From the NCBI GenBank assembly GCA_963730085.1, contig CAVSQI010000012.1, positions 14,466-78,465 on the forward strand: a stretch of DNA of 64,000 nucleotides. The letters are read 5' to 3'. The notes beneath the pieces were generated by a model, which saw only the letters and a program-made list of their open reading frames with translations, made no database searches and had not been told where the DNA came from. Shown here in pieces: positions 47,987-58,626 of this stretch. Numbering within the stretch: position 1 is the stretch's first letter; each line of letters starts with the position of its first letter. A program made the translations under genes and the position numbers. Origin of the DNA: an uncultured Actinomycetota bacterium. GTDB lineage: Bacteria > Actinomycetota > Actinomycetes > Streptosporangiales > Streptosporangiaceae.

Positions 47987-48784
47987 GTGATCGCCATTCT
48001 TGGCGCAGGCCAGATGGGCGAGGCGCTCGCCTCGGGTCTGCTGCGGGCAGGCGTGGTGCGGCCCGATCAGATAGTTGCCGCGGCTCGCCGCGCCGACCGC
48101 GCCGCCCAGCTGCGGGACGCGTACGGCATCGACGTGTTGTCCGCCGCGCAGGCCGCGGCCAAGGCGGAGACGCTGGTGATCGCCGTGAAGCCGCAGGACA
48201 TGGAGGCGCTGCTCACGGAGATCAGCCCGGTCGTGACCCGCGACCAGCTCGTCATCTCGGTCGCGGCCGGGATCACTACCGGTTACATCGGCCGCCGGCT
48301 AGCGGCCGACGTTCCGGTGGTTCGCGTCATGTCCAACACACCGGTCCTGGTGGACGAGGCCATGAGCGTCATCTCGCCAGGCCCGCACGCGACCGAGCAG
48401 CACCTGCGGCGAGCCGAGGAGCTGCTCCGGCCGGTCGGCAAGGTGTTGCGGATCCCTGAATCGCAGCAGGACGCGGCGACTGCGCTCTCGGGCAGCGGGC
48501 CAGCGTACGTGTACTTTCTCGTCGAGGCCATGGTGGATGCGGGCATCCTGCTCGGTATGCCACGCCAGAACGCGCTGGAGATGGTCAAGCAGGCGGTCTA
48601 CGGCGCGGCGACGATGCTCAAGGACTCCGGAGAACATCCAGTGCTCCTCCGGGAGGCCGTCACGTCGCCCGGCGGGACGACCATCAACGCAATCCGCGAA
48701 CTCGAACGGCATGGAGTGCGGGCGGCGGTGCTCGCGGCCATCGAAGCAGCCCGAGACCGCGGGCGGGAACTGGGCGCCGAGTAG
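47987..48784 (+). CDS. proC: pyrroline-5-carboxylate reductase
   Basis: Contains IAILGAGQMGEALASGL...VIAVKPQD...VVRVMSNTPVLV...LSGSGPAYVYFLVEAM...TSPGGTTINAIRELE. Confidence 0.9.
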   Translation: MIAILGAGQMGEALASGLLRAGVVRPDQIVAAARRADRAAQLRDAYGIDVLSAAQAAAKAETLVIAVKPQDMEALLTEISPVVTRDQLVISVAAGITTGYIGRRLAADVPVVRVMSNTPVLVDEAMSVISPGPHATEQHLRRAEELLRPVGKVLRIPESQQDAATALSGSGPAYVYFLVEAMVDAGILLGMPRQNALEMVKQAVYGAATMLKDSGEHPVLLREAVTSPGGTTINAIRELERHGVRAAVLAAIEAARDRGRELGAE

Positions 48785-49080
48785 TCGCAGCGATTCGGCT
48801 GGCTGCCAGGCAGGCGTGATCTTCGTGAGCTCTCAGTTTGGCTGGCTGCAATGGCATCGTAAATGGCGCCTGAGATTCGCCGCCGCCGATCCTCAGAGCA
48901 GCCGCTCACCTGCGGAGATGCGGAAATACCGGCGAATCAGTGGCGATCGATGCTGGCGGCGACGAATTGGCAGCGCTCGCCGGGGTTGCCCTTTTCCATA
49001 CAGGACTTACGCTGGAGACGGGCGTGACTGATGCGCCAGGTCTCGCGTGGCGTTTCAGTCTGGTCGGAAGAGGGCTATCA

Positions 49081-49284
49081 ATGGCAGCAGACGCTACTCC
49101 GCTCAGCGAGGTCAGGTTTCTGACGGTGGCCGAGGTGGCCGCGATCATGCGCGTTTCCAAAATGACTGTCTACCGACTCGTTCACTCAGGCGAGCTTGAG
49201 GCGATCCGGGTCGGACGCTCGTTCCGTGTACCCGAACAGGCCGTGACCGGCTACCTGCGCGAAGCGTTCGTGGCATCAGCCTGA
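49081..49284 (+). CDS. excisionase-family helix-turn-helix DNA-binding protein (Rv0500A-like)
   Basis: Contains FLTVAEVAAIMRVSKMTVYRLVHSGELEAIRVGRSFRVPEQAV. Its position after proC is conserved. Confidence 0.8.
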   Translation: MAADATPLSEVRFLTVAEVAAIMRVSKMTVYRLVHSGELEAIRVGRSFRVPEQAVTGYLREAFVASA

Positions 49285-49495
49285 CGGCGGTGCGCCTTCA
49301 GTGCGCTGGGCGGGCCCTCGGATAGGGAGTAGATACAGCCAGGCCGCGGGCGGCAGAGGGCCAGATGCCGGGCGATGCCGGGCAATGCGGCCTTACAGAG
49401 GTACGCTGTGGCCTTGGCATGTGCCCGGCCGCCGGATATGGCGAGCATGCAACGCGGACATGCCCGTCAGCCAGTAAGCAATTAAGGGTGGTCTC

Positions 49496-49594
49496 GTGGG
49501 TTCGGTCATCAAGAAGCGTCGCAAGCGCATGGCGAAGAAGAAGCACCGCAAGCTGCTGCGCAAGACGCGTGTCCAGCGTCGGAACAAGAAGTAG
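49496..49594 (+). CDS. 30S ribosomal protein bS22 (32 aa)
   Basis: GTG at 49496 gives [32 protein letters not shown]. This is the characteristic actinobacterial bS22 sequence. It is below the ORF-track size cutoff. Confidence 0.8.
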   Translation: MGSVIKKRRKRMAKKKHRKLLRKTRVQRRNKK

Positions 49595-50441
49595 CCTGCC
49601 TGATCCGCGGGGCTGGCGGCGGCTGACCGCCGCCGCCGAGTTCGCCCGGCGCCGCCTGGCTGGGGACTTTGAAGTCGATGAGTATGGGTTCGACCCCGAC
49701 CTGAACTCAGCCCTGCTGATGCCAGCCGCGCTCGCGTTGTACCGGAACTGGTTCCGGGTCCAGGCTCGCGGGCTGGCCAACATTCCGGACACCGGGGCCG
49801 CACTTATTGTGGCGAACCACTCAGGCGTGCTTCCACTCGACGCCATCATGCTCCAGGTCGGCATATTCGCCGATCATCCGGCCAAGCGCAACCTGCGGCT
49901 GCTAGGTGCAGATCTGGTGTACACGATGCCGGTGCTGTCGTCGCTGGCTCGCCGCAGCGGGCACACGCGAGCAGATCCCGGCCAAGCGCACCGCATGCTG
50001 GTCGGCGGCGAAATTGTCGGAGTGTTCCCCGAAGGCTTCAAAGGCATCGGCAAGCCATTCAGCGAGCGGTACCGGCTGCAGCGGTTCGGCCGGGGCGGAT
50101 TCGCCCGGGCGGCCCTGCGGGCAGGTGTGCCGATCATTCCGTGCGCCATCGTCGGGGCCGAGGAGATCTATCCCATGCTGGGCAACTCGGCTGCCCTCGC
50201 CGACGCGCTCGGACTGCCCTATTTCCCGCTAACGCCGCTCTTCCCATGGCTTGGTCCGCTGGGCGCCGTGCCGCTTCCGTCGAAGTGGATCATCGAGTTC
50301 TGCGAGCCGGTTGCTGCCTGTGACGAGCCAATCGCCGAACCGGATGAAGACCTCGTCGCGCGTCTGGCGGACGCCGTGCGGGACACGATCCAGCTCAAGC
50401 TCGACGACCTCGTCGCGGCGCGCGGCCCGGCGTTCGGCTAG
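49569..50441 (+). CDS. lysophospholipid (PlsC-type) acyltransferase; start uncertain
   Basis: Contains [15 protein letters not shown]...GVFPEGFKG...[13 protein letters not shown]. The only upstream in-frame canonical start is GTG 49569, which overlaps the bS22 3' end. The next is ATG 49719. Confidence 0.7.
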   Translation: MSSVGTRSSLPDPRGWRRLTAAAEFARRRLAGDFEVDEYGFDPDLNSALLMPAALALYRNWFRVQARGLANIPDTGAALIVANHSGVLPLDAIMLQVGIFADHPAKRNLRLLGADLVYTMPVLSSLARRSGHTRADPGQAHRMLVGGEIVGVFPEGFKGIGKPFSERYRLQRFGRGGFARAALRAGVPIIPCAIVGAEEIYPMLGNSAALADALGLPYFPLTPLFPWLGPLGAVPLPSKWIIEFCEPVAACDEPIAEPDEDLVARLADAVRDTIQLKLDDLVAARGPAFG

Positions 50442-50443
50442 GG

Positions 50444-51370
50444 CTAGCCGGCCGCTCGGCGGCGCCTGAGCGCGATCGCAGCGGCCGTGCCACCGGCGAT
50501 CGCACCGGCGCCGGCTGCCATCGGCAGGGCGATCATGGTCGCGCGGCGCCCAGAGCGGAACTCGTGGACTGGCCAGTCCTGGGTGCGCGCCTGCCTCAGC
50601 AAGGCACCGTCCGGATTGACCACGTTCGGGTGACCGACCAACTCCAGCATGGGCAGGTCATTCGAGGAATCGCTATACGCGCTCGAGCGGGCCAGGTCGA
50701 GACCCTCGCGCTCGGCCAGCGCCCGCACGGCCGCCGCCTTCGCCTCACCATGCAGCAGGCCGCCGACCAGCCGACCGGTGTAGACGCCGTCGGATGTCTC
50801 GGCCACAGTCCCGAGTGCTCCGGTCAGGCCTAGACGGCGCGCCAGGATGTTGGCGAGCTCCACCGGAGTCGCTGTGACAAGCCAAACTCGCTGGCCGGCG
50901 GCCAGATGCTGGCGGGTCAGCTCGCGTGCACCCGCCCAGATCCGGTCGGCCATGGTGTCGTCATAGATCTCTTCGCCGAGCGCTACGACGTCGTCGACTC
51001 GGTGACCCGCCACGAAGGCCAGCGCCGCTTCCCGAACGGCGTCGATGTGGTCGGCGTTCTCGGCGCCGCGCAGGCGGAAGGCGATCTGGCCCCAGGTCAG
51101 CCTCAGCAGATCCCGCGGCCCGAACATCTTCCGTGCGGCCAGGCCGCGGGCGAAGTGATAGATGGACGCGCCGCGCATCAGGGTGTTGTCCACGTCGAAG
51201 AAGGCGGCAGCGGTCGGATCGGGCACGGCCGCGAACTCGACGTCAGCTGCCGCGGCCGAAGCCTCGCCGGCGACGTCTGCCGAGCTCTTCTTCGCGATGC
51301 CCAGCTTGGCCAGTGCGCCCGTCCGGGCGCCAGCTCGAGGCCTGCCGGTCAGGTCGGACTCGCCGCTCAT
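50444..51370 (-). CDS. HAD-IB family hydrolase (SerB1-like phosphatase)
   Basis: Contains AAFFDVDNTLMRGASIYHF...VWLVTATPVELA...YSDSSNDLPMLELVGHPNVVNPD. Confidence 0.8.
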   Translation of the reverse strand: MSGESDLTGRPRAGARTGALAKLGIAKKSSADVAGEASAAAADVEFAAVPDPTAAAFFDVDNTLMRGASIYHFARGLAARKMFGPRDLLRLTWGQIAFRLRGAENADHIDAVREAALAFVAGHRVDDVVALGEEIYDDTMADRIWAGARELTRQHLAAGQRVWLVTATPVELANILARRLGLTGALGTVAETSDGVYTGRLVGGLLHGEAKAAAVRALAEREGLDLARSSAYSDSSNDLPMLELVGHPNVVNPDGALLRQARTQDWPVHEFRSGRRATMIALPMAAGAGAIAGGTAAAIALRRRRAAG

Positions 51371-51601
51371 GAAGTCGAGCCTACCGGCGGCCCGCCCAGC
51401 GATTGGCGCCGTGCACAGCCGTCACCGAGTCGTCAACGAGTGGTCACCTGCCCGGCGGGCGATGGTCGCGCAGCCACCACCGGCCGGGCGCGATCGGCGG
51501 GTAGGACAGCACGTTCGAGGTCGGCCCAAAGCGACCGCCGCGGGCACTGCACGTCAAGCCTTTGGTCACATCATGGCGCTGCGTCGTGCACCATAGCAGC
51601 A

Positions 51602-53323
51602 ATGCATATATCACTTGCCATCGCTGGGATTGGCGCGATCGTGGCCGCAATCGGCGGCGGCGTGCTGCTGGCGCGCTGCTTCCGTGAGCCGCGCAGTGAT
51701 CTCATTGCCTTCTCCCTGGCCCTGCTCGGCCTCCTGGTCAGCCTCGGCTCCCAGGCGGTGGGCTACCTGGCGGGCTTTGACGGGACCATATTCCGTGCCA
51801 TGGAGCTGGGCGGTCAGGTGATCGCCCCCCTTGCGCTCATTCTCGCGTTGTCCGAGATCGCCGCGAAGAGCACGGCGGTCAGGTTCCTGGCGCGCTTGTA
51901 TATCCCGACGATCGGCCTCATCGCAGTCGTGGTCCTGGCCCTCGATCAGCTGGCCCAGACCACGTTCACCAAAGCCTGGCCGGATCCGGCCGCGTTCTAC
52001 CAGACACCGCCGAACTACATCCTGGAGTTTGCGATCGGGCCGGTGACCGCCTTTGCCGCGCTGTTCGCGATCGGTGTGGTCATGAACCGGGGCGGCCAGC
52101 CCGCGTGGAACGCGGCGTTGCCGGCCCAGCTCATGGGCGGTGCGGCCGCTCTGCTACTCGCTTATCCCGCGCTGGCGGAGCTCGCCGCCTATAAAGAGCA
52201 CATCCACTTGCCCGTGGCCTCCGTCTTCGCCTTGCTCGGAGCCGCAGCGGCCGCACTTACCTGGCTTGCCGGGATGCGTTCCGGGCGGGTGCCGCTGGCG
52301 TCACGGGGCCCGCAGGACGAGGACGACTGGCGTCGCGACGCCGACGAGAGCAGAGACTTCAGGCGGTTCGAGCCAGCGACAGAAGGCGGCGTCTATCGGG
52401 ACGGCGGTCTTTATCGCTCGGAGCCGCCCGGCCGGAACGGCAGGCGATACGAGCGCGAAGCGGACGACGGAGACCTGGGCTGGGACGACGACGAATCCGG
52501 CCGCGGCTATGACCACTGGGGGGACGCATCACGGAGCGGCTCACCGGACTGGCGCGACGGCCCGGGCCGCGACGACTGGCGCGCTGATCCCCGAGAGGGT
52601 GGCTACAAGGCACCAGACTTCGCTACTGGTGACTTCGAGACCGGCGACTTCGTGCCGGGGGATTACGCAGGCGATCCTCGTGACTACGTCGGCGACGACT
52701 CGATCGACGTTCCGGCGGGCAGCTGGCAGTCCAGGCAAGGATCAGACGACCGACTGGAGCCTTACGACCAGCTGTATAAAGATGATCTTGGAAGCCGCGT
52801 CGCCGGCGGGGCAGTTGACGAGCTCGACAGGTACGGCCGCCATGACAACCAGGGGGGCGCTGACCTGCCTGGCAATGACGGCCGCCGGGCTGAGCTCTTC
52901 GGCCAGATAGCGATCTTTACGCTGCTCGAGGACCGGGTCGAGGAGTTCGATCGGCTGACGCGTCGCGTCGTCGAGCAGGTTCGCAGTCGTGAGTCGGACA
53001 CCCTCGTGTTCATCGTCCACGCGGTGCCGTCGGCGCCTATGCAGCGCATCCTCTACGAGGTGTACCGCGACCGCGCTGCCTACCAGCGGCATACCCAGCA
53101 ACCGCACGTGCAGCAGTTCGAGGCCGATAAGCGGCCGTACGTGCTGGCTACGAACGTCATCGAGCTCGGTCTCCAGCAGGCAACGGTCTCGCCGTTCCCG
53201 TCGGTCTCGGAGCTGTTCAGCGAGCCTGGCTACGACACGGCTGGCTTCGAGCGTCCCGACTACCTGCGCGACTACGGGCGGACATCTGCGCAGCCCGGCA
53301 GCGGGACGCGGGAATACAGGTGA
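51602..53323 (+). CDS. membrane protein with a long acidic/Arg-rich linker and a C-terminal ABM (antibiotic biosynthesis monooxygenase-like) domain
   Basis: About 6-7 TM helices cover residues 1-230. A low-complexity DDWRRDADESRDF...GDFETGDFVPGDYAGDPRDY region follows. The C-terminus is IAIFTLLEDRVEEFDRL...LVFIVHAV...ILYEVYRDRAAYQRHTQQPHVQQF. The first 230 codons of ORF 50906..53323 are antisense to the HAD gene and are excluded. Confidence 0.6.
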   Translation: MHISLAIAGIGAIVAAIGGGVLLARCFREPRSDLIAFSLALLGLLVSLGSQAVGYLAGFDGTIFRAMELGGQVIAPLALILALSEIAAKSTAVRFLARLYIPTIGLIAVVVLALDQLAQTTFTKAWPDPAAFYQTPPNYILEFAIGPVTAFAALFAIGVVMNRGGQPAWNAALPAQLMGGAAALLLAYPALAELAAYKEHIHLPVASVFALLGAAAAALTWLAGMRSGRVPLASRGPQDEDDWRRDADESRDFRRFEPATEGGVYRDGGLYRSEPPGRNGRRYEREADDGDLGWDDDESGRGYDHWGDASRSGSPDWRDGPGRDDWRADPREGGYKAPDFATGDFETGDFVPGDYAGDPRDYVGDDSIDVPAGSWQSRQGSDDRLEPYDQLYKDDLGSRVAGGAVDELDRYGRHDNQGGADLPGNDGRRAELFGQIAIFTLLEDRVEEFDRLTRRVVEQVRSRESDTLVFIVHAVPSAPMQRILYEVYRDRAAYQRHTQQPHVQQFEADKRPYVLATNVIELGLQQATVSPFPSVSELFSEPGYDTAGFERPDYLRDYGRTSAQPGSGTREYR

Positions 53324-53565
53324 GACCTGCGCCGAGGGTCACGCTGCTGTCGCGGCCCGGGTGCCACCTGTGTGACGAGGCTCGGACGGTCATTGCCGGG
53401 GTGGCGGCCGAGCTGGACGTTGGCTGGGAGGATCGCGATATCAGCGATTCTGCCGCAGATCTGGCGCAGTACTCCGACATGATCCCGGTCACGTTCGTTG
53501 ACGGGGTCCAGCATGACTTCTGGCACGTCAGCGCCGACCGCCTGCGGGCCGCCCTCCTCGGTTGA
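53320..53565 (+). CDS. glutaredoxin-like (DUF836) protein
   Basis: 81-aa protein with CxxC in VTLLSRPGCHLCDEARTVI. Confidence 0.75.
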   Translation: MRPAPRVTLLSRPGCHLCDEARTVIAGVAAELDVGWEDRDISDSAADLAQYSDMIPVTFVDGVQHDFWHVSADRLRAALLG

Positions 53566-53683
53566 CCAGCGACGAAAGCACGCGCCCGGTCCCCTGCTGC
53601 CCAGGGGCGGGAACACCACGACGCGCGCGCTGCTCCCATGGCGGTACTCAGCCGGGCCTCGATCCTCTGGCCAGCGGCCGACT

Positions 53684-53701
53684 TTGTGCAAACGTTCACA
53701 A
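53684..53701 (+). promoter_or_regulatory. candidate Rex operator (ROP)
   Basis: TTGTGCAAACGTTCACAA matches the TTGTGAA-N4-TTCACAA inverted repeat. It lies about 85 nt upstream of the proposed rex ATG. Confidence 0.6.
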
Positions 53702-53785
53702 GAGCGTACGGTGGAAGCCGAAGTCGCGCCCAGGTATCCCCTGGCCACGGGCGCCGCCAGATCGAGTCCTCAGGAGTCCCGGCGC

Positions 53786-54641
53786 ATGTCTCGCCGTCCC
53801 TCGTCGGCTAGCCCCGCACGGCTCCGCCAGCCCGGCTCGTGCCGGTTCGGCAAAGCCGGGCGGTGGTCCTGGCATCCCGGACGCGACCGTCGCACGGTTG
53901 CCCGTCTACCTGCGTGCCCTGTATGCGCTCGCCGATCACGAAGTCGCCACCGTCTCGAGCGAGGAGCTCGCCGCGGCCGCTGGCGTGAATTCGGCCAAGC
54001 TGCGCAAGGACCTTTCGCATCTCGGGTCGTACGGCACCCGCGGCGTCGGTTACGACGTCGACTACCTGATCTATCAGGTATCCAGAGAACTCGGCCTGAC
54101 CCAGGACTGGCCCGTGCTCATCGTCGGAGCCGGCAATCTGGGCCGCGCACTGGCCAACTACGGCGGGTTCGCCTCCCGCGGCTTCCGGATCGCGGCGCTG
54201 GTTGACTGCGACTCGGCAGTCGTCGGCAGCGTGATCGCCCGGCACACGGTTCGCAGCGCCGCGGATATGGAGGACGTGATCCACCGCTTCGACGTCTCCA
54301 TCGGCGTGATCGCGACGCCGGCCGCGGTCGCCCAGAATGTCTGCGATCGGCTGGTAGCCGCCGGGGTCACGAGCATTCTGAACTTCGCGCCCGTCGTGCT
54401 CAGCGTGCCTTCGGGCGTCGATGTGCGTAAGGTCGACCTGTCGATCGAATTGCAGATCCTCGCCTTCCATGCGCAGCGGCGCGGGACTGGTACCACGCGC
54501 GCGAATGGCGCCAGGGACGCGACGCATGCCGGTCGCCGGCTGGAGAGCGTGCCCACAGGCGACCTGGGCCTGAATATCGCTGCGGATGCTGGCACGAATG
54601 GGAACGACTACACGACAGGGGTGCAGGCGGTAGGCACATGA
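53786..54641 (+). CDS. rex: redox-sensing transcriptional repressor Rex (probable frameshift in the first approximately 30 codons)
   Basis: Contains GIPDATVARLPVYLRALYAL...VSSEELAAAAGVNSAKLRKDLSHLGSYGTRGVGYDVDYL...LIVGAGNLGRALANYGGF...ILNFAP...VDLSIELQILAFH. The only nearby ATG (53786, MSRRPSS) is in the adjacent frame. Confidence 0.8.
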
Positions 54642-56023
54642 GCGTGCTGGTGGTCGGGCTCAGCCACAAGGGCGCGCCGTTGGCGACGCTCGAGCGCGTA
54701 TCGCTGACCGGTGACGCGCTGGATAAGCTGCTGCACGACGTGGCCAGGGCCGATGACGTCGCGGGCGCGCTCGTGCTCAGCACGTGCAACCGAGTCGAGA
54801 TCTACGCCGAGGTCGGCAAGTTCCACGGAGCCGTGGCCGCGATCTGCGAGCTGCTGTCCCGTCACTCGAACGTCCCGATCGCAGAGCTGACGCCGTGCCT
54901 CTACGTGCACTACGAAGATCGGGCGATTCAGCACCTGCTCGCTGTCGCCTGCGGTCTTGACTCCGTGGTCATCGGCGAGAGCCAGATTCTCGGCCAGCTG
55001 CGGCAGGCGCTGCATGTCGCGAGGCAGCAGGGGACGCTCGGCCGGTCGCTGTCCGAGCTAGGGTCCCTGGCTCTGCGCGCTGGGAAGCGCACCCACACGG
55101 AGACAAAGGTCGGCGCCGCTGGCGCCAGTCTGGTCAGCGTCGGCCTCGAGGCCGCCGCGCGGCACTTCGGGGATGGGCCGGCCGACGTGGCGGCGCTCGC
55201 CGGGCGGCGCGTGCTCGTCGTAGGCGCCGGATCCATGAGCGGCCTCGACGGTCGCGAGCGTCACCAGGGCCGGCGCCGCCGAGCTGACGGTCACGAGCCG
55301 GACGAGGCACCGGGCCGAGCGACTCGCTGCGTCGGCTGGCGGCCGGGTCGGCGACATGTCCGACCTTGTCGACTTGATCGCGGCCGCGGATCTGGTCGTG
55401 ACGTGCACCGGAGCCTCCGGCCACGTCGTCACGGCCGACATGGTGACGGCGGCGCTGGAACGGCGAGCGCAGCTGCCGGAACGTTCTTCGGCGGTCCTGG
55501 TGCTTGCTGGACCTTGCGATGCCGCGCGACGTCGACCCGGACGTAGGAAGCCTCGACGGCGTGGCGCTGACCGACCTGGAGGCCCTGGCCGCCGACGACC
55601 AGGCAGGCCTGCGACCAGGCGACGCCGAAGTGGCAGACGTGCGCCGCATCATGGCTGAAGAGCTCGCCGCGTATGTCTCGGCTCACCGGGCGGCCGCGGT
55701 GACGCCGACGGTCGTCGCGCTGCGCGCCAAGGCAGCAGGCGTCGTTGACGCGGAGCTGGCGAGGCTCGCGGGCAGGCTCGACCTGGACGCATCGGCGATG
55801 GCCGAGGTGCAGAAGTCAATGCGCCGCGTCACGCGACAAGCTGCTGCACGACCCGACGGTTCGGGTCAAAGAGCTCGCCGGATCACCAGGCGCCGACACG
55901 TACGAGGACGCGCTGCGCGTGCTATTTGATCTCGATCCGGCGACGGTGCAGGCTGTGGCCCAGGCCGACGCTGAGCTGGCCGGCTGGCCGCAATCAACAA
56001 CTGACCGGGAGGACAGGCGATGA
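54638..56023 (+). CDS. hemA: glutamyl-tRNA reductase (three frameshifts: near 55245, 55502 and 55832)
   Basis: [15 protein letters not shown]...[10 protein letters not shown]...[12 protein letters not shown]...[12 protein letters not shown] is in the first frame. [13 protein letters not shown]...DLVVTCTGA is in a second frame, [12 protein letters not shown] in a third, and [14 protein letters not shown] in a fourth segment. Confidence 0.85.
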
Positions 56024-56964
56024 GCCGCGCACCATTGCGCCTCGGCACGCGCCGCAGCCCGATGGCGGTCGCCCAGTCGCAGGCGATCGGTAACGCCATC
56101 ACAGCGCGGACCGGACGCGAGGTCGAGCTGGTCGGCATCACGTCAGCGGGCGACAAGAGCGCGGAGCCGCTGACCCAGATCGGCGGTACCGGCGTGTTCG
56201 TCAGCGCGCTGCGGGCCAGCCTGCTGGCCGGCGAGGTGGACATCGCCGTGCACTCGCTGAAGGATCTGCCGGTCGGGCCCGCCGACGGGATCGCGCTGGC
56301 TGCCGTGCCCGACCGGGACGACCCCCGCGACGCGCTCGTCGGTCAGAACGGCGCGAAGCTGGCCGACTTGCCCCCGGGAGCGAGGATCGGCACCGGTTCG
56401 CCCCGCCGGGCCGCGCAGTTGCTGCTGCTGCGCCCCGACATCCAGCCCGTTCCCGTCCGCGGGAACGCGGGCACGCGCCTGGCGAAGGTCGAGACCGGTG
56501 ATCTCGAAGCGGTGGTACTCGCTCAGGCCGGCCTGGCGAGGATCGGCAGGCTCGACGCGGTGTCTCAGGTCTTCGAGCCGGACGAGATGCTGCCCGCCGC
56601 CGGCCAGGGCGCCCTCGCGGTTGAGTGCAATGCGGGCAGGGAAGACCTCGTTGCGTTGCTCGGCTGCATTGACGACGCGGTCAGCAGGGCTGCGACCACG
56701 GCGGAGCGCAGCCTGCTCGGCGGACTTCAGGCAGGCTGCGCGGCGCCGGTCGGCGCGTATGCTGCCGGAACAGACGTACTTCGGCTGAGCGGCGTGGTCG
56801 TCGCGGCCGACGGGGGGATGGCGCTTCGCGGCAGTGCGAGCGGCGCGCTGGTGCAGGCCGAGTTGATCGGCCACCAGCTAGCTGCCGATCTGCTGAGCCG
56901 GGGCGCGGGACGGTATATGGCAGTGTCCGGCGGACACCTCATCAGCGGGGACGATGACAAGTGA
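56020..56964 (+). CDS. hemC: hydroxymethylbilane synthase (porphobilinogen deaminase)
   Basis: Contains [15 protein letters not shown]...[11 protein letters not shown]...[11 protein letters not shown]...IGTGSPRR...RGNAGTRL...[10 protein letters not shown]. Confidence 0.9.
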   Translation: MSRAPLRLGTRRSPMAVAQSQAIGNAITARTGREVELVGITSAGDKSAEPLTQIGGTGVFVSALRASLLAGEVDIAVHSLKDLPVGPADGIALAAVPDRDDPRDALVGQNGAKLADLPPGARIGTGSPRRAAQLLLLRPDIQPVPVRGNAGTRLAKVETGDLEAVVLAQAGLARIGRLDAVSQVFEPDEMLPAAGQGALAVECNAGREDLVALLGCIDDAVSRAATTAERSLLGGLQAGCAAPVGAYAAGTDVLRLSGVVVAADGGMALRGSASGALVQAELIGHQLAADLLSRGAGRYMAVSGGHLISGDDDK

Positions 56965-58620
56965 ACCCCACACCGACGACCGGCAAGGTCGGCAAGCAGA
57001 CCAAGACAGCGACCGAGAGAACCGGCGGGCGGTCGGCCAGCCACACAGCGGACACGCACGTCACAGGGTGGGTCGCCTTCGTCGGCGCGGCGACGGGCGA
57101 TGAGAACCTGCTGACCGTGCGGGCGGCGGCCCTGATGGCTCAGGCGGACCTCGTCGTCGCGCCGCAGTGGCTCTGCGAGCGGCTTGGCCACCTGCTCAAG
57201 CCCGGCAGCCACGCTCGCAGACTCGGACGCGCAGATCGCTGACCCGAAGCTGCTGATCAAGGCGGCGAAAGCGGGCCAGCTGGCCGTGCGGCTCTGCGCC
57301 GGTGACCCGTTCCTCTTCGGTAGCGCGGCCGCCGACGCCGCCGCGTGCGCGAAGGCCCGGGTGCCGTTCGAAATCGTGCCCGGCGTCTCGCCCGCCACCG
57401 CCGTGCCCGCCTACGCAGGCATTCCGCTGACAACTGACGTGACCGGCGACGTCCGCATCATCAATGTCGGCGAGGTAACCCGCGTGTCGGTCAGCGACGG
57501 GACGCTCGTGATCCTGGGGGCCGAGACCGGGCCTGTCGACCTCGGGAAGATGCTCATCGCCAACGGCTGGTCGGAGACGGCGCCGTTCGCGATCACGTGG
57601 AACGGCACGACGACAGATCAGCACACCGTGGTCGGCACGCTGGGCTCGATCGCGGCCGATCTCAAAGCCGCGGGCGTGAGCCTGCTGACCGCGCACGGCC
57701 CGGCTGTCGCGGTGGTCGGCGACGGCGTGACCGCGCAGGCTGCGCTTTCGTGGTTCGAGACCAAGCCGCTGTTCGGCTGGCGGGTACTCGTCCCACGGAC
57801 AAAGGATCAGGCCGACGAGGTCTGCGACCTGCTGAGGGCTCGCGGAGCCGTCCCGGAGCAGGTGCCGACCATCGCGGTTGAGCCGCCCCGCACGCCGCAG
57901 CAGATGGAGCGGGCGGTGAAGGGCCTGGTGACCGGCCGATACCAGTGGATCGGCTTCACCTCGGTGAACGCGGTGCGCGCGATCCGGGAGAAGTTCGAGG
58001 AATACGGCCTCGACGCCCGGGCTTTCGCCGGGGTCAAGGTCGCGGCCGTGGGCGACCAGACCGCGAAGGCGCTCCGCGAGTTCGGAATCATGCCGGACCT
58101 GGTTCCGGACGGCGAGCAATCGGCCGAAGGCCTGGCCGACGCCTGGCCCGCGTATGACGACATTCTCGATCCGATTAACCGCGTGCTGCTGCCCCGGGCC
58201 GACATCGCGACCGAGACGCTGCTGTCGAGGCTGACGGACCTGGGCTGGGAGGCCGAGGACGTCACCGCGTACCGCACCGTGCGCGCGGCTCCGCCGCCGG
58301 CGCCGATCAGGGAAGCCATCAAGGGCGGCGGGTTCGATGCGGTGCTATTCACGTCCTCCTCGACGGTGCGCAACCTGATCGGCATCGCTGGCAAGCCGCA
58401 CGCCGTCACTGTGATCGCGGTGATCGGCCCGCAGACGGCGAAGACCGCGGCCGAGTTCGGACTGCGGGTCGATGTCGTCGCGGCGAAGCCGTCAGTCGCC
58501 GCTCTCGTCGAGGCGCTCGCGGCCCACGGCGCTGCGGTCCGCGACGCAGCGATCGAGGCGGGAGAGCCGGTGCGCAAGCCGAGCGAGCGCCGGCGGGGCG
58601 CGCGCCGCCGGATCAGGTAG
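56961..58620 (+). CDS. bifunctional uroporphyrinogen-III C-methyltransferase / uroporphyrinogen-III synthase (frameshifted near 57205)
   Basis: The methyltransferase part is VAFVGAATGDENLLTVRAA...RLCAGDPFLFGSAA...FEIVPGVSPATAVPAYAGIPLT. The HemD part is GWRVLVPRTKDQ...WIGFTSVNAVRA...VLFTSSSTVRNL. Confidence 0.85.
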
Positions 58621-58626
58621 CCAGCG

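Noticed and set aside
50906-51601. N-terminal approximately 230 codons of the 805-aa ORF 50906..53323
   Set aside because: It is antisense to the HAD hydrolase gene. The real protein starts at ATG 51602 with the first TM helix.
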